From NCBI RefSeq assembly GCF_006345805.1, contig NC_042999.1:54560001-54624000 (forward strand): DNA of 64,000 nucleotides, read 5' to 3'. The notes beneath the pieces were generated by a model. It worked only from the letters and a program-made list of their open reading frames with translations, ran no database searches and was not told the origin of the DNA. Position 1 is the stretch's first letter; every line of letters begins with the position of its first letter. The stretch comes from Octopus sinensis. Lineage: Eukaryota. Shown piece after piece: positions 26,334 to 39,489 of the stretch. The translations under genes were made by a program, and so were the position numbers.

Positions 26334-26799
26334 TGGTGGTGGTGGTGGTGTCGGGTAGTGATGGTGGTCGTGTTTATTGCAATTTGTGTAGAGTATTGTT
26401 GTTGTTCAACCCTAGGATAGTTGCAAATACACAAACCTATGATCGAAAGCGCTCCACTTGTGAACATCTTGACTTTTCATAAGACTATAGTACGTAATTT
26501 GAAGAAGACCTGGTTGTTATTTCTAACTGAGCAAGCAACCTCAAAGAGGTTCTCTCATTCACTATGATATTAATGTTTATAGTTTAGTTGGTGGTGGTGG
26601 TGCTGCTGGTGGTGTGATTATTTTTGTTGTTGTTGTTGGTGGTGGTGATGGTGCTGGTGTTTCGCCCCATTGGTTGGGATTAAACGAGACACTTACAACC
26701 AAAGACAATCCATCCAGGACCATCTTGTCTATATTTCAGACAATATACCTCAAGCCAAACCAGCGAGATTCCATAGTCTGAGAGAAGTCGAGGATAGAC

Positions 26800-27200
26800 A
26801 TCAAGGGACGTGACCTCTTCATTATGTGAGGCCACAATTGGAGCGCTTCAGTGATACATTTACTTCATCAGGATTGACCTTGGATAAACAACAACGAAAG
26901 CAATAACAACTAGCTGTGTTGTAGGGGTGAGTGCAGTTGTGGCCATGGTAAACGGGGTGTTTGTAGAGGTTTTTGAGAGAAGATAGGGGAGGGATGTTTA
27001 AACACCACAAGTTACCCTAACCTCCTGTTAATTGAAGAAACTTTTGTTTTATTAGCAAGGAGTGGAAGAGGTAACATTATACGGTGAACTCGACACAACA
27101 ATGAGTATTGTGAGAGAAGGGTCGGAATGTTTGAGGACATCCGTTAATATCAGCAGATACGTATCAGGTAGGAGAATGTCGAACAGAGGGACCCTAATAA
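26800..27200 (-). mobile_element. Penelope-like 3' fragment with degenerate hammerhead
   Basis: Decayed ..LTIL..LLIKQK..SINR-like end; minus 26838-26874 CTGATGA-AGT-loop-ACT-GAAGCGCTC. Confidence 0.45.
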
Positions 27201-27205
27201 ATAAA

Positions 27206-27246
<41 letters not shown>

Positions 27247-27520
27247 GTGTGTAGGTAAAATGGCACACACAGAAGTAGACTGTCCTTAAACAATCGAAAC
27301 AATAGACATATTTTATTACATACTCAGCAGTAAATATGTTAATTACGTCCATGTCTAAGATAAATTAATTAGTTCTACCAACCTAATCAGTGTCAACTTT
27401 TCATTTTAGATTGTCTAGATCAGTGGTTCTCAACCATTTTTCACCAACGGACACCTTTGATTTCTGTTAAACTCGAGTGGACCCTTCTAACCATTTAATG
27501 CTTTAAAAAATTTTATATTT

Positions 27521-28238
27521 TTTAAAGAATAAAATATTTTGAATGACACAACAAATACACTATAATAACAACAATGGACTATAATAACTTGTAATTTAAT
27601 CATCCATCATCCGATATAATATTTCGGAATAAAAATTCCTTCTTCAGATATCCCTTGAAATTGATGGAGTCGCTGCTATTATCGTACAATCGGTTTTACA
27701 GCGGCTTTTCTTTGTTTTTTTGGAAGCGTTTATAATCTAGTTGTTGTTGGTGATGGTGGTGGTGATGGTGTGATTGTTTTTGTTGTTGGTGGTAGTGATG
27801 CTGGTGGTGCTTGTATTTCGCCCCATTGGTTGGGCTTAAATGAGACACTTATAATCAAAGACAATCCATCCAGGACCACCTTATCTATATTTCAGACAAT
27901 ATACCGAAAAAAAACCCACAAAAAGCCGTTGGAAAACCGATTATAGCAGCGACTCCATCAATTCCTAGGGATATCTGAAGAAAGAATTTTTATTCCGAAA
28001 TATCATATCAGACACTTTACTCTTTTATTCTTTTACTTGTTTCAGTCATTTGACGGCGGCCATGCTGGAGCACCGCCTTTAATCGAGCAACTCAACCCCG
28101 AGACTTATTCTTTTGTAAGCCCAGTACTTATTCTATCGGTCTCTTTTGCCGAACCGCTAAGTAACGGGGACATAAACACACCAGCATCGGTTGTCGAGCA
28201 ATGCTAGGGGGACAAACACAGACGCACAAACACACACA

Positions 28239-28296
<58 letters not shown>

Positions 28297-28550
28297 TACG
28301 ACGGGCTTCTTTCAGTTTCCGTCTACTAAATCCACTCACAAGGCTTTGGTCGACCCAAGGCTATAGTAGAAGACACTTGCCCAAGGTGCCACGCAGTGTG
28401 ACTGAACCCGGAACCATGTGGCTGGTAAACAAGCTACTTACCACAGAGCCACTCCTGTGCGTATGGATAATTAAATTACAACAGTTCTTATAGTCCATTG
28501 TTTGTATTATAGATCATTGTTGTGTCATTCAAAACATTTTATTCTTTACA
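27521..28550. repeat. Long inverted repeat (~200-bp arms) with a locally duplicated loop
   Basis: 27521-27722 is the reverse complement of 27904-28012 plus 28463-28550; loop 27728-27905 matches 26575-26749. Confidence 0.9.
28016..28460 (-). mobile_element. SINE family A inserted into the right arm of the foldback
   Basis: Full-length copy; arm sequence continues on both sides. Confidence 0.9.
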
Positions 28551-29280
28551 AACAACACGCAATGCTTCAAGCGAACTACAATACTCTCTTATAGTTTTTA
28601 TAATTAAACATTATTAGGAATTGTGTCAAAAAATTGTTGAAATATTTTGTGCATTGTAGAAGTATGACCAATTTATTGCAGATAAATTTTAACAACAAAA
28701 TCGTCTATGGACTCTCAATGGCCATGTGGACCCCGAGTAAGAAACACTGGTCTAGATTATTGCTCCATATCATAAAAGATAACACCCGACATCCTCGAGT
28801 TGAATGCTGCGCTTTTAAAAGAAATCGCCGTTTCTTTTACCCAGAAACGGTTCCAGCCTTTCCTGACGTCATAAGACGGGACGGGATCTTTTCTTTATCA
28901 GAGGAGAAAATGTTGTGATGTGTGTCTGTGTGTGTCTTGAGCAAACGAGAAACTCTCTGCTTGGTTTCTCTTCCTGCTAAAAATAGCAGCTAAATTGGAA
29001 CATGGAATTAACATGGAATTTTGATTGAAGGCTTTGATTTACGTCACTTGAACTTTTTTCTTACCATATTTCTGATGAAGTATTCTGCATCCGTTTTAAT
29101 AAATCTTGAAAACAATGAAGAATTTAGTAAAATAACTTAATTATTATTTAATTAGTAAAATAACTTAATTATAATTTAATTAGGAATATAAATTAACATG
29201 AAAATTTAATTGAAGGTTCTAATTTATATCATTTTAAAACCAGAAATATGTATCAGTGAACTAGGGTTGGTCTCTCAGAA

Positions 29281-29537
29281 AGGCGACGAGCTGGCAGAAA
29301 CGTTAGCACGCCGGGCGAAATCCGTAGCCGTATTTCGTCTGCCGTTACGTTCTGAGTTCAAATTCCGCCGAGGTCGATTTTGCTTTTCATCCTTTCGGAG
29401 TCGATTAAATAAGTACCTGTTACGCACTGGGGTCGATATAATCGACTCGATCCGTTTGTCTGTCCTTGTTTGTCTCCTCTGTATTTAGCCCCGTTTGTCT
29501 GTCCTTGTTTGTCCTCTCTGTGGGCAATAAAGAAATA
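29281..29537 (+). mobile_element. SINE family B, full length with 18-bp TSD
   Basis: agggttggt(c/t)tctcagaa at 29263-29280 and 29538-29555; tail partly duplicated. Confidence 0.9.
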
Positions 29538-30077
29538 AGGGTTGGTTTCTCAGAAGGGTCAAAGGAGTTGATCCCTGCTCTCTGATTTAAGTTTCACTTC
29601 CCAACGGTTCCCCTACTGACGCGTTAAGGGAGTACATTGATCTGCAACAGTACAAACTGTACGATAAGACACCAATGTCGTTTAGCTCCGAGTCAGTCAT
29701 GACTGCGCAGGCGTATGACAAAGACGCTCCAGCAGTGCCCATCGGTAGATCAGGAATCTATCAAAGTAGGAACGTATGTGAGGCAACTATATCGTCACAA
29801 TACTAGATCGCTCACCTCCGCATTCTTTTTTTTCATTTTGCACTGGTCCGGAGGACAATCTCATAAGCTCTCCTCGACGGAGAGGGCGTCTGGTGATCAC
29901 AATTCCTGCCGCCATTTTCGGTCTGTAACTTCCGCATAAAATAGACATTAATTTGAAGATGCGTGATACAATATGTGACTGCGCTTATATATCTACGTGT
30001 ATATGAGTGTGTGTGTGTGTGCGTGAAAGTACATATATACACACACATCTATGTACGTATGTATGTAATATGAGTGT

Positions 30078-30155
<78 letters not shown>

Positions 30156-30474
30156 GTGTGTGTGTTGAGAGAAGCTGTGATGAATGGTGGATGTGTATTT
30201 GTCCATGTCTGTTTAATGATGGGTCTCACTGAAATGTTTTAGGAAGTAAATGGAAGGGAAAGCTGTCAAACACACACACACGTACACACATACATATGTG
30301 TGTGTGTGTGTGTGTGTTGTGCGCGCAGCAGATTAGACAACGTAATTACATACGGGTATGTAGTCGTGTATATAAAGGTATACATGTAGGGTGGGGAGAG
30401 AATGAGAGGGAAAGGGAGAGAGAGAAAGAAAGAGGAGAGTGAGAAATAGAGAGAGTGAAAATATCTGTGTGCGC

Positions 30475-30518
<44 letters not shown>

Positions 30519-30621
30519 TTTGTGCTGTATATGCTTATATATCCATAAAACATGGATTGAATATAAGACAGAAAAAACGAAACTACGCATATAAACAGTT
30601 GCCTAGATGCATAGATATAAG

Positions 30622-30666
<45 letters not shown>

Positions 30667-30829
30667 CTGTGTGTGTGTGTGTGTGGTGTGTCTGTGTGTG
30701 TGTGTATGAGTGTGTAAATATGTGTGTGTATCTATAGTAAAATAAGGATTCAGATAGAATCAGGTACTTGAAAAGATATGCACCAGGTAGGGTTGGCTGG
30801 ACAGACAAACAGACAGGCAAGCAGGCAGG

Positions 30830-30936
<107 letters not shown>

Positions 30937-31249
30937 GCAAATAGACAGACAGACAGACGGACTGATGGATAGATGGAATGACGAGTAGATAGATACCATA
31001 CACAAATAGAAATGTAAACAAATGCCATACAAGGTAAATTTTTGATTTATAAAGATCATATTCCAATCTCCCGTGGATGTATTATAATTCCCACTGAATA
31101 AAAATACTTATCATGAAAATAATTTGCACAGAACTGAGCAAAGAGAAATAATTTCGAGTGGCCAGTGTCATGTGGCCTAAAAGACACAGACCGGTTGCAA
31201 TCTTTCATAATTCTTTTGTTTTTTAACCTTTTCAGGGATTTTTTGGACT

Positions 31250-31975
31250 AGGTCCTGGAAATTAATTATGGAAAAATATGGCACTGTACCACGCACCCAA
31301 GTGGTGAAATTGTTCCATCAAAATAAGGGGTCAATTATTCAAACCTAGGGAGCACCAAAGAGAATTGCACCCCATAAAGTGTACAGTATGGTGTGCAATT
31401 ACGGTGGATGAGATAATCGAGGCTTATTTCTTTTTGAGGACGATGACGGGAACGCTGTCACTGTAACTGGTGAGTCGTACAGGTCCGTGATCGAGAAATT
31501 TTTGCGCCCGGCCATTCAAAATAGGCCCGATATATGTTTCCAGCAAGATGAAGCAACTGCTCATACCGCAAGAGAGACAATAGAGTTGCTGAGATAATAT
31601 TTTGAAGAAATAATCATCTTTCGCTACTGACTGCGATGTCAACTGGCCATCGCGTTCCCCAAACTTGACCAGCGCTGACTTGTGGGGGTACCTCAAAGAG
31701 AAGGTTTATGTCAACAAACCAGAAACCCTGGAGCAATTGAAGGAGAAAATCATTGGAGAAATCAGGGAACTGGGCCCTGAAACCTTTACAGCTGTCGTAG
31801 AACATATTTCGGAAAGGGCACAGATGTGTGAAGCTGAAAATGGACGCCATTTAAAAGATGTCAATTTTCATATCCATTGTCTCCTCTTTATTGAATTAAA
31901 ATGTCATACAGCTATTTGTAAAAATAAGGGAGTTATTAAAAATTAAAACCCTTCGGTGACTTTTGGTTCACTCTG
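31250..31975 (+). pseudogene. Tc1/mariner transposase remnant, DD41D-like
   Basis: FQQDEATAHT...WPSRSPNLTSAD.LWGYLKEKVYVNKPETLEQLK; about 41-42 residues between the Ds; ends ...ggttcactctg TA. Confidence 0.8.
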
Positions 31976-33360
31976 TATATGAACAACAGACACAAATAGG
32001 TATAGATCAAGTACCGTGCAACATAAATTTTTCATTTCTTAAAATCATCTCCACCTCTAGTGTTTGTATTACAATTATCAAATGGCCATTAAGACCAGCT
32101 TTCTATGAGAAGGAGAGATAATCTCAAGAATGAAGAGATCTCTAAAGCTGGCATGCCATTAATGAAAGGGCCAGGGTTATTATCTGGAGATAAGAGGTCA
32201 GTTGTGGACATGTGTTCTTGCCTCAAATAGCCTTCATCAGCTTTTGAATTGCCTGACCTAGTCTGTAGTAGCGAGAGGACTTAGACTTATTACAAAACAG
32301 AGTAGAAAACTGTTATGGCCCGGGTTGTCAATATCGGCAAGTGTAGGGACAACATAGATAAATCTAGGTATATTAAATGCAATGTATGTATCTATATATG
32401 GTATATCTATTATATGAAATCCGATTGCGCTCAAATTTGATATGTAGATACCGGCGGTATCAGGGCGTTTATAAGTCTTGAATAAATTACAAAAATCGAT
32501 TCCAGGTGAGAATGCCATCGATAAAGCCGTGGGAACGTGCATTTGTACGCGCAAGTACATCAGCTGTTGCGATCGATACTAGGCGTACGCGAGAAAAATG
32601 CACGTGCAGTTTGCGCAAAAAAAAGTCGGCTGGCTTGAAATAATGCCACAAAATGCAGTATATTTAATTTTCATCAAAAATCGCCCCAAGTTGATTTCCT
32701 TCATATTTTATCGGATAAACTTATTATTGTTCCAGGTACGTTCTCATAAATTCATCATGCTTTTCCGTCTAGATTTACCTCCAGCAAACCCATTTGCATG
32801 CATCGTTTTTGTCCTGCTTTTCTTCCGTCAACCTGTACATAACTGCACCTTCCATTTTTGTTTTTGTACTGCTTAAAGACACGTTTCTTTCCTACCAAGC
32901 TTACTGTTTAAACCATGTTTGTGTTCTCCCAGTCAACAGCCTTATCACTACTGGTACTTTAAACTCTTCGGTTGCATATTTTTGTGAATAAAATCGTTTT
33001 TCTTTGGAATAGAAAAAAGTCTATCTTTATTTCTTCTTTGCTGCTGTCTCAAATTTTGGTTATATCAGTGTTTCTCAAAGGGGAGGCCTATGGGACGGTC
33101 GGACAAGTTTGGTTTGAGAAAATTTGGTTTAAATGTTTGACAACTCAATAACGTCCATTGGAGGGGGTTGTTTTGCTCGTACATATATATATATATATAC
33201 ACAAACACACACACATACATACACACAAACACACACATACATACATACATACATACATACATACATACATACATACATACATACATACATACATACCCTG
33301 TTGCTGATGTTGAAATTCCAATGGGATGGTGTGTGTGTGTGTGTGTCAAATTCTTATTGA

Positions 33361-34254
33361 TCTGGTCTGATCAATAAGTATCTGGATTGTTGCCATAGTA
33401 ACAAAGCTAAAGCACGCAGAGTAAAGCCGCTTGGCACAGGTTCGCTTTGAAATTCGCTGGGCATGTACACTAAGTTTTAACGCTCTAGCTTATTTCTGCT
33501 GTTTACAGCAGTGCTTGGAAGGAAGGTGTGTAGCGTGTGATTGTCGGATTGATCATGACAGAGAAAGTTGAGCAGAGAATCTACATCAAATTTTGCTAAA
33601 AGCTTGGTGATACCTGCTCAGAGGCCTACGCAAAGTTTTCAAAAAGTTTTCATCGTTCTCGACATACTCAAGGAGATCTTGTGCAACTGAAACCCGAGTG
33701 TCTTTTTGGTCAACTGAAAGCAGTTTAGGCACAAACTTGGCAAACACGCGTCTCACATCCAAAGCTTCAGTGATGATGGACTGAATTAATTAGAATCGCA
33801 ACTAATCTGCACATCTTCTGATAAACCACGAATGGTGATGCAACGATTTCCCCTCACAGCTGCACGCACATCTGCGATGTTTTTCTCAGTTCTGCTGGTT
33901 GCGGGTCTCCCAGAGCGTTTGTCAATATCGACATTTTTTCGATCATCTTAGAAACGTCTGCGTGACTCGTACACTTGTGTGTGAACCATACACTCCTCCC
34001 CATACACTTTCTGCAACTTTGCGTGGGCCTCTGAGCAGGTATCGCCATGACAACTTTCTCTGTCCTGGTCAATTCGACGATCACACGCTACACACGTTGC
34101 TTCCATGCACTGCTGTAAACAGCAGACGTGAGCCAGAACGTTAAAACTTATTGCACATGCACAGTAGAGTTCAAGGTCAATCTGTGGCTTTTACTTTGCG
34201 TGCTTTAGCTTCGTTACTATGGCAACAGTCCGGATACTTATTGACCAGACCTCG
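33361..34254. mobile_element. Mariner derivative made of two inverted 5' ends
   Basis: 33361-33637 is the reverse complement of 34015-34254; left arm MTEKVEQRIYIKFC*KLG; minus spacer KRSGRP..AKFVPKLLSVDQK. Confidence 0.85.
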
Positions 34255-34332
34255 TATAAATGTGTGCGTGTATGTTTGTGTGTACATATATTTATAGAGA
34301 GGGGGAGGGAGGCTGGAGATAATTGAGAGATA

Positions 34333-34553
34333 AATATTTCTTTACTGCCCACAAGGGATTAAACATAGAGGGGACAAACAAGGACAAAGGAATTACAATG
34401 ACCCCAGTTGCAAAACTGGTACTTTATTTATCGACTCCGAAAGAATGAAAGGCAAAGTCGACCTCGGCGGAATTTGAACTCAGAACATAACGACAGACGA
34501 AATACCGCTAAACATTTCGCCCGGCGCGCTAACGTTTCTGCCAGCTCGCCGCC
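34333..34553 (-). mobile_element. SINE family B with 16-bp TSD
   Basis: agataattgagagata at 34317-34332 and 34554-34569. Confidence 0.9.
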
Positions 34554-34627
34554 AGATAATTGAGAGATATAAGAGAAATAACTTCAGATGTTTAAAGAGA
34601 GGAGGAGGAGGAGGAGGAGGAAGTTAG

Positions 34628-34659
<32 letters not shown>

Positions 34660-35094
34660 CCAGCGAAATCCGGTGAAAGGAAATGAGTGCGACGAGGTGT
34701 AAGATGTTTTGGTTTTCCTTGAATGAGTTGTAAAATTGGAGCAAGGGAAGTTCCTTCGACAATGTTTACTTAAGAAACGTCGAGAAAGGAATACCTCTGC
34801 TATGTTTTAAATGTTTTTTTTGCGAAGTCAGTTTGGCGTCTGGACAGCTGCAAAGGAGTTTTCCGCTTTAACCCCCGCCGCCGCCATTATTTCCATTTAT
34901 TACATGTGTCTCACCCTATGACACAAACCGTGTCCCTTTTTAAGGAATCAGATGGCTGTATTGGTCCCTATATCATCGGGTGTAGTGAAGTACTTCCAAA
35001 CACTATCACCATACACTTGTTACACATACACACACACATAAGCATATATACACATAAACTTACATAAATACATACATATATATCCGCATATATA

Positions 35095-35352
35095 TGGGGA
35101 CGTAAACACACCAACATCGGTTGTCAAGTGATGGTGGGTGTACAAACAGACACACACACACACACACACACACATACATACAGACATACATAACGGGCAT
35201 CTTTCAGTTTTCGTCTACCAAATCCACTCACAAGGCTTTGGTCGACCTGAGGCTATAGTAGAAGACACTTGCCCAAGGTGCCATGCATGGGACTGGACCC
35301 GAAACCATGTGGTTGGTGAGCAAGCTACTTACCACACAGCCATTCCTGTGCC
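35095..35352 (-). mobile_element. SINE family A, 5' half
   Basis: Homology to other A copies. Confidence 0.8.
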
Positions 35353-36329
35353 TACAAATATGTGTGTGTGTGTACATGTGTGTGTGTGTGTACATGTGTG
35401 TGTGTGTGTGTGTATAAATATATGTATACATACCTTTATGCATGTATCTAAATAGATTGATGGATTTATATATAGATACACACACACATACACATACATA
35501 TACATATATATATAGAGAGAGAGAGAGAGGGGGGAGAGACGTCATCTTAGATACCCTCTTAGAGTGCTGGGTTACCCTAAAAATACGTGATGGTCATGGT
35601 CAGAATGTCTTTAATCTTTAGGTTCCTCGATCCCAGTTGAACCCGGCTTTAACAACGGCACCATTAACTAACTTCTATTGTAGAAATAAATCTTTGCCAT
35701 GTTGAGAGTTGGGTTTTAATGGGAAACAGACTATTTATGAAATCGTAAAACTTTGCAAGTCACCTAAGGTGTGTTGTCGTTATAACAACACCTGTTACAC
35801 CTGTTGGCTGTTAATGATCCTTTTTGTTGATGTCTGCCATGATTGCAAGATTCATTTCAGGATGAACGATGGCGGGGATAAAATCAATTTGAACAAAGGC
35901 CAAGTTAATCTAGTTCTGTGTTCTGTAAAATAAAAATTGCTGATTCTTACGTAACAGACACATACCACCAGAGAGACGGGGAACATAGACAACATGAAAC
36001 TGTCACTGGCCATGATAGAAACAGCAGTCACATTTCTCATAAATCAAGTAGCTAACCTAAAAACAAAGAGTAAAGACACATTGAAGAATGTATTCCTAGT
36101 TACCCAATTCTTAAAGACCCGATGGAGGAGTCAATATTGGCTTCAATATATTTGCCAAATAATAATGGTTCTCCCAGAAATTACATAAAGTTATGCTAGA
36201 CAAACCTGTAAGGGCCAAACTAAAGCAAAAGTGCGGAAATGATTATAAAATTATTGACATAGGTCGCTCCAGTTGCACAAAATGTGAGTGTGTATGTGTG
36301 TGTATGGTGGGTGTCCACTCCTCATACGG

Positions 36330-37095
36330 TGTCTGACCACCTCTTGTACTAACACCTTAGATCCATCATGGCGTCTGATGTGGTTTTTTAAACCAGACAT
36401 TGTATTGAAAAGACACCCAAATAGATTCCATATCTGATTTGGAATAACCAAGTGGATCCTAAAATGTTTTTTGAGACCTGTTAGATTTAAAGACCTTATG
36501 GCATATACGGCATTGAAAGGTGAGCACAGACATATAGGCAGAATAGATGGTGGTGGTTCGTTTGTCATGGGTCCGCAAATGAGATTTAAGCCCAGCAAAA
36601 GAAAGGCATGGTTTGTCACAAACTGTGCGCACAAACAGATCACTAATATTCACCGTTTCGATCGGAACATTCTTCTTAACATCGCTCTTGAGACCTGCAT
36701 GTATCATCCTGACTTCCTCAAAAGCTTTCACTACACTCCACACTGTTGTTCGCCATCCAGCTCGATCCGAATCAAGGGTTTCTATCGCCTTTGGATCCAT
36801 TCCAAGTAACTTCATGGTAGTCCTTATGCCGTCCTTAAACCTCTTTTTAGGTTTTCACCAGTTGCGTTACCCCTCTGCAAGATCGCCATAAAACAGTTGC
36901 TTGGGTGTGCGTTCATTCGCCATTCGAACAATATGACCAAACCATCTCATTTGATCCTTCAGAATCATTAACTGACGCAAAGCCATCTGTATACGCAAAG
37001 ACATCTATGTCTGGAGTAAAAAAAAACAACGCCCCATTTCATGTTTAAATGTGGCGAAGGTATTTTTGGTGGAATCGTTCTAACAAACGATAGAA
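36330..37095 (-). pseudogene. RTE-clade LINE 3' fragment with three C2H2 zinc fingers
   Basis: LERFHQKYLRHI, RWFGHIVRM..RTPKQLFYG..KRFKD, DRAGWR, then three Cx2Cx12Hx3H-like motifs. Confidence 0.85.
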
Positions 37096-37249
37096 TGATA
37101 AATGTATGTATGTATGCATGCATGCATGTATGAACGTGTATATATATATATATATATATGGGGTGAGGAGTGACCCTCTTCGGTCATTGTATGACCATGG
37201 GATTGCATCTAGAAGGTTCTCCTCCGAGGCACAATTTGTTATCAAAGAT

Positions 37250-37870
37250 GTGTGCTGTCATGCATTTTCATGGTGAATGTAGATCATGTTCAGATTTTTA
37301 TTTGGTCTGTTCCTTGTAATATCGTCTCGAGTTTCTTCAGTATTTCAGAAGCTGTTTTCAGTACAACCACCTTCCAAAAATTCAGATGGCCTTGCCGTCC
37401 TATAAAACAATTCTGACGGTTGGCTCTTGAACTTCCGAAACCTATGAACAGAGGTATGACTCCATTCCATTGACTCAGCCTTTGCTTTTGGATTATAAAG
37501 ATAAGGTCATATTCCATCTCCTGTTACTAAATTGGAAAAAACGGATATCTTCATTGGCTTCAACCGCTTCCAGCAGATCAGAGCAGACCCTCATATCTCT
37601 CTCCTTCAAATCGACTGCTGAAATACCTTCATTGCACATACTTTCCGTTACGTGGAGTCTTCCACCATCTTCTATAATGCATTGTGACCACAGTCTGGTC
37701 ATGCAGCAAGTTTATGGATTGTGACGTGCAGGAAGCTTACATCTGTCCACGGAAATCAATTTGTCCATTCGCTGGAGATTTGGGTCAATGGTCACCGCGT
37801 GGTTTATCTTCAATACTGGTTTCCCCTCCTTTAAACTTCATTCATCTATGCACAATATTTTCAATGGTGT
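37250..37870 (-). pseudogene. Decayed mariner transposase
   Basis: KFKGGETSIEDKPR and LVTGDG.*.YLYNPKAKAESMEW..KFKSQPS motifs. Confidence 0.7.
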
Positions 37871-38208
37871 CATCTCTGTGGAGAACCTGAACGTTAAGCC
37901 TTTTTCCAAGACTGAGTTATGGTTTGATGGAGAGATGGTTGCTATTTCTAGCAGATCGAACGCCCACATTGAGGATCATTTGTTTTCTTTCCACGTATTC
38001 TGGTTTAGCGATATGACGGTAAGTTATCAGTTAATCGAAAGTTCCATTTCCTACTTCATTTATCGTATTAGCACAAATATTCTTGAGAAAGGCATGAACA
38101 TCTCACTTTCTCATTATCTCTCACCAATAGATTCTATCGTAAGAACAGGATTTGGAAAGCGTTAAATCAACAGAAAGAGAATCAGCAGAAATATAGTAAT
38201 TAACATGA

Positions 38209-38258
<50 letters not shown>

Positions 38259-39489
38259 CCAGCTGCTAGTTATGATAATAACTGAGGGAGAGAGAGACCC
38301 AGAGGGGAGACGGTCGACTGAGTTTAGATCGTTAGCAGATATCTCACAGTCTTCACCAGTGCTAATGGCGCCAGTTTCCGGTAAATACTTGGAACGTTTA
38401 GGATGAAAGAAAATTATAAATTAACCTGAAATTAGTCATATTTTTAAGATCTATTTTAATCGTGCGCATACTTTAGTGGCCGTACTTAGGGAAGTATCTT
38501 GTTTCGGTTTGAAACTGAAACCGCAGGAATAACTGAAGAAAACTGATACAGATACGTTGGTACAAATGTGAAGTTTTTACTGAAAGCATATGTAAGGTGA
38601 ATAGTTCGATCCCCACCGCTGAGAGAAATTGAAACCTAAACGCGGTTGCACGAGTTGTTCAAATCTCGATGGAATGATCAAATTCCCCTCAAACCACATC
38701 GTGCAGAATTATAAAATGCATTCAAGGATTTAGTGAGATTTACACTGTTTCTGGATAAAATAAGACGAGATGGTCATGGTTTGAATACCTTTGAACATAA
38801 GTCTACTCAATCAGGGCTAACGTAGGGCTGCGAAACAACAGCAGCAGCAGCAGCCGTCCAAGAATTTGGACCTGGAGATCTCCATTTCCAGCGACTTCGA
38901 GGGCCACCTCCCAGTGGTGTCGGACGTCAATGAAGAGCCCTCGACTACAAGACGACCAAAGTTTCTTTTTTTTCCAAGGTCTGGTACTTACTTACCAGAC
39001 CAGCACCTAATCACCCTTATCCGTTTTGTTGCTTAACAACAACAACAGCAGCAGAAATAGCAACAACATATAAATTTTAAAAATAAGATGAAAGATGAAC
39101 AAGGTGTTGATTGTTAAAATATGAAGGCCGGTGATGTTTGAATATCGTTTCTGTTATTCTTTTATTGTTATTCATTTAGTGGTTGCAGTCGTAGGACTGC
39201 GGCCTTGCAGGAAAACCGTCTTAAGATATAAATAAGGGAATTGAAATTATGAGAATAACAAATGAATACAACTAAGATACGTTTAACTGTCAGTGGTAAT
39301 AACATTGAAAGAATCTGTGGAAGACAAAGAACCACACTAACACTGATTGCGCTCACCAAACCGAGAAATAATATAGAAAGATAAGACCATCCTTATGAAC
39401 AATAAAATCAGACCCCAGCGTGCACTGATGCTTCTATCTTTCTGTCGGCATGCGAGACATGACTAGCACGGCAGGATTCAGACGGGCAT

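Larger units (their letters stand above)
27421..28749. mobile_element. hAT (Charlie/Buster-type) MITE with nested insertions
   Basis: TIRs cagtggttctcaac / gtaagaaacactg; perfect 8-bp TSD GTCTAGAT at 27413-27420 and 28750-28757. Confidence 0.9.

Noticed and set aside
38860-38965. GC-rich open stretch NLDLEISISSDFEGHLPVV
   Set aside because: Short, with no clear splice sites or known motif.
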